Shown: positions 52,101-60,151 of the stretch, in pieces
Layout: every line of letters starts with the position of its first letter
Numbering within the stretch: position 1 is the stretch's first letter
NCBI GenBank assembly: GCA_963758525.1
Contig: CAVWVQ010000003.1
Span: 1,152,001-1,216,000 of the forward strand
DNA: 64,000 bases
Direction of reading: 5' to 3'
Origin: an uncultured Phycisphaerales bacterium
Lineage (GTDB): Bacteria > Planctomycetota > Phycisphaerae > Tepidisphaerales > Tepidisphaeraceae
Translations under genes and position numbers: made by a program
Notes under the pieces: model-generated
Databases searched by the model: none
Seen by the model: only the letters and a program-made list of their open reading frames with translations
What the model was told of the DNA's origin: nothing

Positions 52101-53194
52101 TCGGAGCGCAGCGCGCCGCTGTCGTCATACGCCGGGATGAGGGTGGGAGCGCTCGCCAGCGCGTCTTTCAATCGATCGTTGGTGTTGAACGTATCGAAGT
52201 TGGCCGCCTGATCTCCTGACACGAGCAGATCGAAGAGATCGATGTTGGTCGGAAAGAAATTACCCGGCAGCACCGTTCCCGCGTCGTATGGCTTCCAAGC
52301 GATGGCGGCATTGATCGCGGCGGCGTTATCGACGATGCGCACGCCGCCGTAATACGTCACGCCGTTGATTTGGCCAATGGGAAGCCGGAACAACCCGGCG
52401 TCGGCGATCCCGTCGCCGTCGGCGTCCGCCGCGAGAACCGTGTAGGTGGTCGTCGTCGGTGGATTGCCGGCGGGAACTCCGGACGTGGTTTGCTGAAAGT
52501 CAAACGCGGGATACGTCACATTTTGCGCCCCCCCGCCGCCGCTCACCGACCAGGACAGGCTCGTCGGGGACATCTGCGAATCCGTCGGGTAGGTCTGCGA
52601 ACGAACATGATAAGTATTGGTTGGCGGGGTGGGATGGGTGATGCCGGTTCCCGCAGTATTAACGTATGGCGTCTCAAACGTCTCATACGTCTGTTTGCTT
52701 GGGAGCGACGTGACGAAATTCCACAACGGGCGATTCCCTAACGCGACCGGGAGCGTCGGATATTGAGCCGTTGGATACCGATCGGCGATGAATCCGCTCT
52801 GCGGATTGCCCGGATAATCGGAGACCGCGTAGGCATTAGGCGTGCTGGGCGACGTCGTCGGATAGTGGAAGACCGGCGTGTTCGGCGCGGCGGCGGTGGT
52901 GCCGAAGACAGAGGCGGCGACGCCGGACTGCGTGATGTTTTCGACACCCTGCAGAAGCAAATCGATTTCGGTGTTGAACGAGTTTTGCTGCGAGGAGTAG
53001 CGGTCGGTCTGAGCGGTGTTGATGTAGGCAGTCCCCAGCAGTGCCAGCAGTACGAGCAGCGCAACGACGAGAATCAGGACCGACCCGGGCCGCGATCGGC
53101 GCAGGCGCTGATCGAACCGGTCGAACATTCGCAATCGTCTGACGGGGATTCGCGATTTCATTGCATTGTCTCCGAAGCGACACTCAGGCTTCAT
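49184..53194 (-). CDS. Very large GspK/PilX-like minor pseudopilin
   Basis: RRSRPG-SVLILVVALLVLLALLG N-terminus without Glu5; GRININTA; ITTRSDSFTAYVIVQG; last gene of the pilin operon; start 53194 or 53161. Confidence 0.75.
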   Translation of the reverse strand: MKPECRFGDNAMKSRIPVRRLRMFDRFDQRLRRSRPGSVLILVVALLVLLALLGTAYINTAQTDRYSSQQNSFNTEIDLLLQGVENITQSGVAASVFGTTAAAPNTPVFHYPTTSPSTPNAYAVSDYPGNPQSGFIADRYPTAQYPTLPVALGNRPLWNFVTSLPSKQTYETFETPYVNTAGTGITHPTPPTNTYHVRSQTYPTDSQMSPTSLSWSVSGGGGAQNVTYPAFDFQQTTSGVPAGNPPTTTTYTVLAADADGDGIADAGLFRLPIGQINGVTYYGGVRIVDNAAAINAAIAWKPYDAGTVLPGNFFPTNIDLFDLLVSGDQAANFDTFNTNDRLKDALASAPTLIPAYDDSGALRSDFSFATKYEAFWMQLGRRLGNPGYNTATDKFLALPTSEMQTMAYRFVLHNPSGQSSSALEKDLPNSCFAGTPSSPYSPSNWLNWAETNFDFANAAATVPLRSMLVTQNGVSNFTFSKLPARGAWDNTLKYNFGDWVTFTDNAYTDPVSHAVETVTRSYVCMQQNTGNSPQTGVSTAYWEPQSWSSGPTKASANTATFGQLWPAYYSAMTDAPLTATSLGTTLGMTAMFKPSIRTVNYPASNFPWEISGQGNGTPGFPQMQLCAALAAINTLQLRTPSPNPGTTAPLSKTISITDANGTPAYNITVYGSAPQPFITEVYANTHDGGDPTMAYVAVELYNPYPFDIPLNGWQLATIKRPGTGLNQLTVTSLPSTVGAGTTSWATTGPVVPKNGFIVLASSKTPPAAISGLPTATVGGSPALIELPDLASALDSELVLLRPVSATPGTPPAFFTGGGTATVPVDAYDFTGLPQTDADPGHEWHYIRPSDPSFGKAWHFVYPGPIYNGNTGPMSPRQAGTYATVGSNTSPQTTTLASLGKMDPSTLITPTASESSYIDRPLQINNTSFPGPNMATTSANLFPFGGFARNVDLLQVTFIGAYQVTSLDNTKLYELNSLPSDSALANDAPENQDPHAVTSIEFGRENVGRFCPIHWADTVDATGKPVSPTEIDATLTSPPWDDFIYPFVPTTAAPTAPVYWPTPTQYYWTQRLFDYVTVQSPQDDYLPDVDPAAYPATPAPKPVANVSSTVANAQLSNTPPSATEETVPVHGRININTANWRVLATLPFVDGVQFGASPNTAAQEAEQIAQSIVYYRDVDDKTVANPMPPATPGHPHGAFQSIFELNNVPISVPGPLPQGTLIRTVLSDTPTTNVLLNVPGQHASNVDGDLSPNSATAGADQVYGDFENQNLALNRISNLITTRSDSFTAYVIVQGWRNAGTSSPELVAQRRGAFIIDRSTITPTNNTQPGITNVPTN

Positions 53195-53216
53195 CAATAC
53201 GCCTTCTGTCTCGACT

Positions 53217-53317
53217 TCCCCCTCCCCTGGTACTTCGGGGAGGGCAGGGGTGGGGGCGCTGAGTGCTCGCCAGCGAGCCCCCACCCTAACCCTCCCCCGG
53301 AGTACCAGGGGAGGGGA
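53217..53317. repeat. Paired CCCTCCCC-type palindromes
   Basis: CCCCTCCCCTGGTACTTCGGGGAGGG and CCCTCCCCCGGAGTACCAGGGGAGGGG in inverted orientation. Confidence 0.85.
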
Positions 53318-53370
53318 CAAGAGCTTGGGGCGCTCGACACTGTCGGGCCGGGGGCCGTTTGCTGATGCAT

Positions 53371-54900
53371 TTACTGTTGCGCTCCCAGGTCGATGACATA
53401 TTCATACGTCTGCGGCGTCGCCAACCGTCCGGACGGATCATCCAGCGACAGCGTGATGCGAAGCATGCGTGGCAGGCTCGATCCTTGGCCGGTGCCGACG
53501 GGCCACATGGAATTCTCTGATCCCCACGAACAAAACAACTGTGCGTTGTTGTCGAGACTTCCGGGAACGGCGTAGTTCGTATTGGGCGCGAAGAGCCAGG
53601 ACGGGAATTCCCATGGTGGGAAGGACGCGGTAGAAGGTGCCTGAAGGCCCCCGCCACCATCAGGTTGTGGAGTTTTTTCCACATCGCGGAGGGGCACGAC
53701 ATCGTGCTTGGCGTCGATAGCGCCATCGCCGTCCGTGTCGCGCGGAAAGCCGTACCAGCGGATCTTCCTCTGTCCATTGATGACCATAAAATCGACCTGG
53801 CCATCGCCCTGTATCGCGGTCACGGCACCGTCACCGGCTTGGCCGGGTGTGTTTGTTTGGGTGAGATAGTCGCCGGCATATTCGACGATGAACTGCGAGC
53901 AGTGATTCAGAAAGATCGGCGCGACGCCTGCCGTCGTCGCGGCGCTGAGCGGCTTGACCGGGAACGGGTCGGCCTGATAGCGGGACACTGGTTGAGTTGA
54001 AGGACCCGCGAATGCCGCCGGAGCCGTCAGCATCATCGTCGATCGGAGCGCCGGAGTGTTGAACACATTAAATGAGCTGGCGGAGGCTGCGACGATGTCG
54101 TAGCGCGATGAGTAAATAGGAACATTTTTGCCATCACTGCTCAGGGCACCATAGCCGAGCGGGTTGTTGCTGGTGGTGGGCGGGTTCGGCGAAACGACAG
54201 GTGGCGCCGTGATGTAGACATCGGTTCCGCTGCTGGCGCTTGGCACCAGCAACATCGCGATACGGCCGAGAATCCATTCGGACGCGTAACGGTTGTTATC
54301 GTTGTGCTGTGAACCGTTGTCCGGGTCGCCGGGACCGAACCAAGCCGCATTGCTACCGGCAGGAACCTTCGCCTGATCATTGTTTGGCAGCACCAGGTGG
54401 CCATACCAGATGAATGCATTGGAACTGGTGGTCGGAGAGACGAAGGTGCCGTCATTGCCCGTCTGCCGCGGATACAGATCGCCGCTGGCAAAAAACCCGA
54501 GCGTGTCGAGCCGGAAGTTGCGGTTGCTGGGAAGGACATTGGAAACCGGCTGCGCGGTTCCGTTAATCGTAATCATATTAGGCACGCCGCTCGGCTCGTT
54601 GGCGAAGTCCTGTGCCGTGTTAAACGCGTAGGTCCGCTGCGAGGTGATCAGCAGCGCCGGCTGCGAGACGGTCATTGCGTTGTGGATATCTGTATAGAAA
54701 CTGAAATGTGCCGTGCGCTCGTCGCGCGTGATGGCGCTGAATGCCTGGCCCGCGCCCACGGTTTGGGCGCCGATCTTGAACACCTCGTTGATGCCCAGAA
54801 TCAGCACCAGCGCGATGGCGATCGACACCATCAGCTCGACCATGGTGAAGGCGGACCGGCGTAGCGGCAGGGGAGAAATAGTCTGTCTGATGCGAGCCAT
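53371..54900 (-). CDS. Prepilin-type protein, GspJ/PilW-like position
   Basis: RRSA-FTMVELMVSIAI; C-terminal LPRMLRITL. Confidence 0.8.
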   Translation of the reverse strand: MARIRQTISPLPLRRSAFTMVELMVSIAIALVLILGINEVFKIGAQTVGAGQAFSAITRDERTAHFSFYTDIHNAMTVSQPALLITSQRTYAFNTAQDFANEPSGVPNMITINGTAQPVSNVLPSNRNFRLDTLGFFASGDLYPRQTGNDGTFVSPTTSSNAFIWYGHLVLPNNDQAKVPAGSNAAWFGPGDPDNGSQHNDNNRYASEWILGRIAMLLVPSASSGTDVYITAPPVVSPNPPTTSNNPLGYGALSSDGKNVPIYSSRYDIVAASASSFNVFNTPALRSTMMLTAPAAFAGPSTQPVSRYQADPFPVKPLSAATTAGVAPIFLNHCSQFIVEYAGDYLTQTNTPGQAGDGAVTAIQGDGQVDFMVINGQRKIRWYGFPRDTDGDGAIDAKHDVVPLRDVEKTPQPDGGGGLQAPSTASFPPWEFPSWLFAPNTNYAVPGSLDNNAQLFCSWGSENSMWPVGTGQGSSLPRMLRITLSLDDPSGRLATPQTYEYVIDLGAQQ

Positions 54901-54909
54901 GCAAGTCCT

Positions 54910-56145
54910 TCAATGCAGTGCGAGGAACGTGGTATAGGCGGCGACATCCTGAACCGGGCCCGAATATGTTGTCGTGGCCGCGTTGGAATCGGAATAGCCG
55001 GCGCCGATGACCATGACGGTTGAATTCGCGCCGGGGGCGTACGTGGCGTTGGCCATGTCGTTCCCAGGCGCCAGGTTCCAGATGTTGCCGCTCGAATTGG
55101 TTCCGAGGCGGTAAATCCAGCCGTTGGTGTTGCCGGCATTTGAGTCGTTGGCGATGACGACAAAAGCGCCGTCGGCGAGGCATCCGAGATTGCTCTGGCC
55201 GGCCACGTCGGCGAACGTGAATTGCTGCTGCGTCGACGTGTTCGTGACAGTTGTCACAGTCAGCGGGCGGGCTTCCAGCGAGGGAATGCCGTTCGTCCGG
55301 GCCGCCAGATCGTTGGAATCGTAGAAGCTGCGGTTCCGCGCCTGCACGCCGATCAGAATCACCTGCACGTACGGCTGCCCATTGACCTGGCGGTACAACG
55401 GGATCCACGCATAGCGCGGATCGCTGGGCAAAATCAGGTTCCCGCTGATGAGCGGCCAGAGCGTGGTATTGGTCATCACCGGCTCGCCCGCCACCGCGGT
55501 TGGCCCGATCGGATGAACGTACCCGTCAGGCATCGTCGCGCTGGCGACCGCGCCGGCGGGTGTGTACCAGTAGCTCTGCGTGTTGTATTTCGCCAGGTAC
55601 GAAACCCCGCCCTTGGCGATCGTCGCGGCTGTCGTCTCTTCACTGGTGGCCTGCGTCTGCTTCAGTGCCACTGGAAAAATCGCCGCGATCAGGATGAAAC
55701 CGATGCCGAGAATCAGCACCGCGAAGAGAATTTCGGTAAAGGTGAATCCGCGGCGAGTGCGCGATCTGAGCGGCAAAGACGAAGAGCCGCGAAGGCGCCC
55801 GCCACGGCCGGCAAGCTGCGGCGCGAAGGCAGACGCGAAGCGGGGGGAAGGAACATTTCCGCGCAGTTGAGAAATCTCCGGAGCGACATGACTGGTTCGC
55901 TTCTCTCGTTTTTTCGTCACACGGTGCACTTTGAGAATGCACGACGGGGTCAAACCGTTCACGAAAAGTGCGCGGCGACTCTCCCAATTAGTGCTTCTTC
56001 TTCGCGTCTGCCTTCGCGCCGCAGCTTGCCGGCCGTGGCGGGCGCCTTCGCGGCTCTTCGCATTTTGCAGTTCGGCCGAACGGTGCGCCGCCGCCGGCGT
56101 TTCACGACGGGTGCTGGTGCGAAGTTGATGATTGCTGCCGGGCAT
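54910..56145 (-). CDS. Prepilin-type protein, GspI/PilV-like, with a repeat-containing leader
   Basis: RRG-FTFTEILFAV...AIFP; ATG at 56145 follows GGAG and the upstream stop, frame open for 133 aa to the cleavage site. Confidence 0.75.
   Translation of the reverse strand: MPGSNHQLRTSTRRETPAAAHRSAELQNAKSREGARHGRQAAARRQTRRRSTNWESRRALFVNGLTPSCILKVHRVTKKREKRTSHVAPEISQLRGNVPSPRFASAFAPQLAGRGGRLRGSSSLPLRSRTRRGFTFTEILFAVLILGIGFILIAAIFPVALKQTQATSEETTAATIAKGGVSYLAKYNTQSYWYTPAGAVASATMPDGYVHPIGPTAVAGEPVMTNTTLWPLISGNLILPSDPRYAWIPLYRQVNGQPYVQVILIGVQARNRSFYDSNDLAARTNGIPSLEARPLTVTTVTNTSTQQQFTFADVAGQSNLGCLADGAFVVIANDSNAGNTNGWIYRLGTNSSGNIWNLAPGNDMANATYAPGANSTVMVIGAGYSDSNAATTTYSGPVQDVAAYTTFLALH
55780..56060. 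repeat. Perfect 61-bp inverted repeat with 159-bp spacer
   Basis: 55780-55840 is the exact reverse complement of 56000-56060. Confidence 0.92.
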
Positions 56146-56152
56146 TCTGGTG

Positions 56153-57361
56153 TTACTCCGCGCGAATGAGCGTGCCGTTGTAGCGGTTGATGAGGATTGG
56201 AGCGCTGTTGGTGTCGAGCCAGACTTCCTCGTCGGCCTCGGTGGGAGGCGACGCCGCGGGCGTGCTCGCCACGCCGTAGCCGTTCGGTACACCAGTCGGA
56301 TCGAGCAGGTCATCTCCGATCGTTCCGCCGAAGTTGTTGAACGCTTCACGGTCAAAAAGCACGAACCCGAATTGGGAGGAAAGAGCCGCGGGCGGCGTGT
56401 AATCGACCTGCGGCGTCGGCATGACGGCGTTGGACGGAATCCCGAAAATATATTGGGCAAGGTTCGACGGGCTTGTCGAGTTGGACTGATGCAGCTTCAG
56501 GCCGTAGGTCTTGCTGGTGAGCCGGCCGTTCCCGTCGAAGAGAATCGCGCCGCCAATGCGCACCGCGGCATTGCCGCCGGCGCTGGTGATGGTGTCCGCG
56601 GCGCCGGGAGACGGGAGCGGGTTGAAGCCGATGTAGCGGTCCGGCAGGATTTGGGCGGTGTTCCAGTAGGTCGCATTGGGAGGTTCATTGGCGGTGCTGG
56701 ATACATTGGTAAGCTTGCAACTATAGAAGCTTCCGCCCACCTGCACGAGCGCGTTCTGTGCATAGGTCTGTCCCGCGGCCCAGGCGGGCGGCACCACGCC
56801 TCCATTGTTGATGACCTGCAGCCCGATCCCCGATGGCAGTTGCAGAAATTCACGGTCGGGAACGATGTCGAGATAGTACGTGGCCGGAGTCGCGGTCAGC
56901 GGGGACTCGTCGCTCGAGTCGAGCGGCACGGATTGAACGATCGACGCATTGATGCGATCGGTTGCCGGATCAAGCCAGAAGAGCACGCCGTGCACTTCCT
57001 GCAGGCCGACCGCCTCCTCGCGCGCCCGCGTGATCAGCGCCGACAGCGTGTTGTACCCCGCGTCGATGCTCCGCGAGCCAGTGAGGCCGCGGATCGCCGG
57101 GATCGCCATCGCGACCAGGAGGATGATGATTCCGATGACGACCACCATTTCCGTCAGCGTGAAGGCGCGGGAAGGCACGAAGGCACGGACGCACGGAGGC
57201 ACGGAGGGTGACGAAGGGTCTGGGGAAGGCACGGAGGCACGGAGGCACGGAGGCACGGAGGGTGAGGAAGGGTGAGGACGCGAAGAGAAGCGAAGCGACA
57301 AAAATCCCCTTCCTTCCCTTCGTGCCTTGGTGCCTTCGTGCGTTTGTGCCTGCGTTTCCAT
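56153..57361 (-). CDS. Prepilin-type protein, GspH/FimT-like, with a repeat-containing leader
   Basis: SRA-FTLTEMVVVIGII...RAREEA; ILFDGNGRL; ATG 2 nt after the upstream stop. Confidence 0.8.
   Translation of the reverse strand: METQAQTHEGTKARREGRGFLSLRFSSRPHPSSPSVPPCLRASVPSPDPSSPSVPPCVRAFVPSRAFTLTEMVVVIGIIILLVAMAIPAIRGLTGSRSIDAGYNTLSALITRAREEAVGLQEVHGVLFWLDPATDRINASIVQSVPLDSSDESPLTATPATYYLDIVPDREFLQLPSGIGLQVINNGGVVPPAWAAGQTYAQNALVQVGGSFYSCKLTNVSSTANEPPNATYWNTAQILPDRYIGFNPLPSPGAADTITSAGGNAAVRIGGAILFDGNGRLTSKTYGLKLHQSNSTSPSNLAQYIFGIPSNAVMPTPQVDYTPPAALSSQFGFVLFDREAFNNFGGTIGDDLLDPTGVPNGYGVASTPAASPPTEADEEVWLDTNSAPILINRYNGTLIRAE
57170..57345. repeat. GGCACGGA/GGCACGAA octamer element inside a prepilin leader
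   Basis: Same architecture as 47795-47965, including GGGAAGGAAGGGGATTTTTGT. Confidence 0.85.
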
Positions 57362-57363
57362 TG

Positions 57364-58053
57364 TTAATCTTTGGAATAGATGTTGTCGTCGCCCTTGGCC
57401 TGGGTGGCGCCGGTGCGCGCCCCGAAATCACCGTCAGGGCCTGCTGAGGCGAAGAAGGGGCGGTTGGCCTTCCCGGCCACGGTGATCTGCGTCGGGGTAT
57501 TTCCGTTTCCAGTTGTAACGTAGACGATCATTCCACCCCGCGGCACATAGATGATCGGATTGCCCCACCCGTCAAGAAGAACTGGAATCGTGTACGGGTT
57601 GCCGTTTGAGTCTTTCAGAATCTTGCTGGTTGGAAAAGCGGCGATCGCTTTCGCGTTGTTGGGAACGCGCATCAGCGACGCCATCGCGCCCTGGGTCTGT
57701 TGCACGATAAAGCCGGAGCGGTCTGCCTGCCCCGACGTGACATCACCGATTTCCCAAGCCTGTCCGGCCGGCCCAGTGATCCCAATACCAATGACCGGCT
57801 GAGGGAAACTCTTCATGAGGACCGGGTCGTAGTATGAATACGTCGGCAGCGCATTGCTCCCCGCCGTCGCCTCCAATTCCGCGAGCATCGAGTTGAGGTT
57901 ATCGAGCGTGACTTTCGTCTGATTCGCCGCGGCCGACCGCTCGACCACCTGGAAGCCGATCACAGCCAGCGAGATCAGGATCAGGATGACCCCGATCACA
58001 ACCAGCACTTCCAGCAGGGTAAAGGCGCTTCGCCGACGTTGCACGATGATCAA
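57364..58053 (-). CDS. GspG-like prepilin
   Basis: RRSA-FTLLEVLVVI, LDGWGNPI, SAGPDG...DDN. Confidence 0.85.
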   Translation of the reverse strand: MIIVQRRRSAFTLLEVLVVIGVILILISLAVIGFQVVERSAAANQTKVTLDNLNSMLAELEATAGSNALPTYSYYDPVLMKSFPQPVIGIGITGPAGQAWEIGDVTSGQADRSGFIVQQTQGAMASLMRVPNNAKAIAAFPTSKILKDSNGNPYTIPVLLDGWGNPIIYVPRGGMIVYVTTGNGNTPTQITVAGKANRPFFASAGPDGDFGARTGATQAKGDDNIYSKD

Positions 58054-58094
58054 CTCCTCGAGGGTATTGTTCGGGATGTCCAGCCGCCGAGAGA

Positions 58095-58240
58095 AGGTGA
58101 TTGGTGATTGGAACGTGACGGAAACGCAGAAAATTGCACGGCAGGAGGCGATTTGTCACGTTCCACGTTCCAATCACCTCTTCGGGGCTTTGTCACGTTC
58201 CACGTTCCAATCACCTCTTCGGGGCACGTTTCAATCACCT
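58095..58240. repeat. CACGTTC/CAATCAC heptamer element with a 37-bp tandem duplication
   Basis: 58152-58188 equals 58189-58225; inverted arm at ~58095-58118. Confidence 0.85.
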
Positions 58241-59203
58241 TTTTCCGACGCCCTCCCGCGGCTCGGGTCCCTTCTCATAACTGTACAAATTGTCATCCTG
58301 CGTCAGATAACGCCGGTCGGGGCCGGCGGAAAAGAAGAATGAGCGGTCCTGGGGGGCGATTCCGATCTCACGATGCATCGACGGCATGAACACAATCGGC
58401 GAGCCCCAGGCGTCGCTGAGCGTCGCCTCGTTGTAGATCGAATCAGGCAGGCCGCCGAACAGGTCGGAGCCGCTGCCGGCTTCAAGGCGCAATGCCGCGA
58501 CGAAGTCGCGATTGTTCTCGAACGCCCGCTGCTGCAGCGTTGCCTCATTGAGATGATCGGGGGCATTGGCAAACGGCGCGATCGCGGGCGTCCGGCCGTC
58601 GTGATGCAGCCGGTATTGGGCCAGCAGCACGTCGCACTGATAGAGCAACTGCTTGGTGAGCTTGACGGACGAGTCGTTGCGCACGTATCGCGCCAGATCG
58701 ACCATCAGCCCCAGCACAATCACCAGGCCGGCCACAGTCGTGAGCATTTCCAGGAGGGTGAAGCCGCGGCGGCTGGGCTTGACGTCCCCTGCTGCGCCCT
58801 CTCCCGGTACTCCGGGAGAGGGTTGGGGTGAGGGTGATTTCGAGGTCGAAAGTCTCTCGCACTCGCGAAGGATTTCTTCCAGCACCGGGTCCAGGTGCAG
58901 TCGTACATCCGTGTTGGTGAAACGGATGACGTGCGATCCGCCACGCACCAGGCGCTGTGTGCTGCGAGCGTCGTACTCAGCCTGCTCGGCATGAGAGTCT
59001 CCATCCAGCTCAACGATGAGCCCGGCTTGCGCAGTAAAAATCGGCGATGTAGGGCCGTTGCGGCGACTGACGCTTGAACTTGAATCCATCAAGCTGCCGG
59101 TCGCGCAGACGTTTCCACAAAATCGATTCGGCCGGCGCGGCGCGTGCCGCATCTGGCGGACCCGCTCGAGAAGATCGGCATGTGTGAGGGAATTCTTCGG
59201 CAC
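58235..59203 (-). CDS. GspG-like prepilin with an N-terminal DUF559 (Vsr-like nuclease) domain in its leader
   Basis: LIVELDGDSH...YDAR...VIRFTN...VLEEI, then PSPQPSPGVPGEG, then RRG-FTLLEML, DAWGSPI, SAGPD; AESILWKRLRDRQLDGFKFKRQ and PYIADFYC occur in a shifted frame ~59035-59135. Confidence 0.75.
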   Translation of the reverse strand: MPKNSLTHADLLERVRQMRHAPRRPNRFCGNVCATGSLMDSSSSVSRRNGPTSPIFTAQAGLIVELDGDSHAEQAEYDARSTQRLVRGGSHVIRFTNTDVRLHLDPVLEEILRECERLSTSKSPSPQPSPGVPGEGAAGDVKPSRRGFTLLEMLTTVAGLVIVLGLMVDLARYVRNDSSVKLTKQLLYQCDVLLAQYRLHHDGRTPAIAPFANAPDHLNEATLQQRAFENNRDFVAALRLEAGSGSDLFGGLPDSIYNEATLSDAWGSPIVFMPSMHREIGIAPQDRSFFFSAGPDRRYLTQDDNLYSYEKGPEPREGVGKR

Positions 59204-59231
59204 GGGGGCGGTTTTGTACGCTCGAAAGGCA

Positions 59232-59270
59232 CCCTCACCCTAACCCTCTCCCCGAGTACCGGGAGAGGGG
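59232..59270. repeat. CCCTCTCCC palindrome flanking DUF559 (partner at 58797-58835)
   Basis: CCCTCACCCTAACCCTCTCCCCGAGTACCGGGAGAGGG, inverted relative to CCCTCTCCCGGTACTCCGGGAGAGGGTTGGGGTGAGGG. Confidence 0.88.
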
Positions 59271-59293
59271 ACCAGAGGGAAGCTCGAGGCGCG

Positions 59294-60151
59294 TCACTGA
59301 TTGAAATTGGTTACGTCGTCGGTCTTCCCGTTGGAATCGTAGCCCCAGAGTTCATCCGAGCCGGCGCTCCAGAGGAGGTAGGGCGCTGTCGTCGCGGGAG
59401 TTTCACCAAGCGTCGGATCAATTGCGCCATCGGGCACACCAGGCGACGCGGTGCTGGTGGTGTCGCCGAGGATTCGCTGCATGTCGACAAGCAGAAATGG
59501 ATTGTTTGTCTTGATGCTGTTCTGAGAATAATCGTACATCGGAACCACCGTGGCAGGCGTTGGTGCCAGGGGTGTTTGCCCTACGAAAGCGCCCGCAGCA
59601 TTAATACTGGCAACCGGGTTCGCCCGGAAGTAAAGGTACGGTGTGCCGCGGACATCGTTGATCGTCGAGTCCAAATTGCTGGTCCCGGTGATGCCGAATT
59701 TATCCGGCGGAATGTACGGACCGTAGGTTTGTCCCTGTGTTCCGCGGATGCGGAAGCCGGGACCGTCGGCGCCGTCTCCGCTGATGGTCAGCGGCGCGGC
59801 CGACGGAGGAGCTGGAGTCGATATTGCCGGGCCCGGAGCAACCAGCGCCCAGCAGAGCGCGACGGCTCCCAGTCGATCTTTCTCAGTTCCGAGTATCGTG
59901 ACCGGATTGTTCACGGACATATCCACCGGCGGATAGTCCTTGAAATCCTTCCGATACTCTTCGAGCCCCTGCGCAATGACCTGCAGATCGAGTGCGATTC
60001 GCGTGCGCGTTGCGCTGCGGCGAGCCCGCAGCAGCACCGGCAGCGTGATGCCGATGACGATGATAATAATAGTGACCGACACCAGCAGCTCGATCAGCGT
60101 AAAGCCGTTGCGCTGGCGCAATCGGAAGTTAATTGCTGGAGATGATGTCAT
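59294..60151 (-). CDS. GspG-like prepilin
   Basis: RNG-FTLIELLVSV, EYRKDFKDYPP, WSAGSD...DDV. Confidence 0.85.
   Translation of the reverse strand: MTSSPAINFRLRQRNGFTLIELLVSVTIIIIVIGITLPVLLRARRSATRTRIALDLQVIAQGLEEYRKDFKDYPPVDMSVNNPVTILGTEKDRLGAVALCWALVAPGPAISTPAPPSAAPLTISGDGADGPGFRIRGTQGQTYGPYIPPDKFGITGTSNLDSTINDVRGTPYLYFRANPVASINAAGAFVGQTPLAPTPATVVPMYDYSQNSIKTNNPFLLVDMQRILGDTTSTASPGVPDGAIDPTLGETPATTAPYLLWSAGSDELWGYDSNGKTDDVTNFNQ

Noticed and set aside
56146..56460. Upstream extension of the 516-aa ORF
   Set aside because: Overlaps the H-like pilin by 300 nt on the same strand; ATG at 56145 with GGAG is more plausible.
58095..58240. 37-bp direct repeats as a CRISPR array
   Set aside because: Copies are adjacent with no spacer, built of heptamers, and no cas genes are present.
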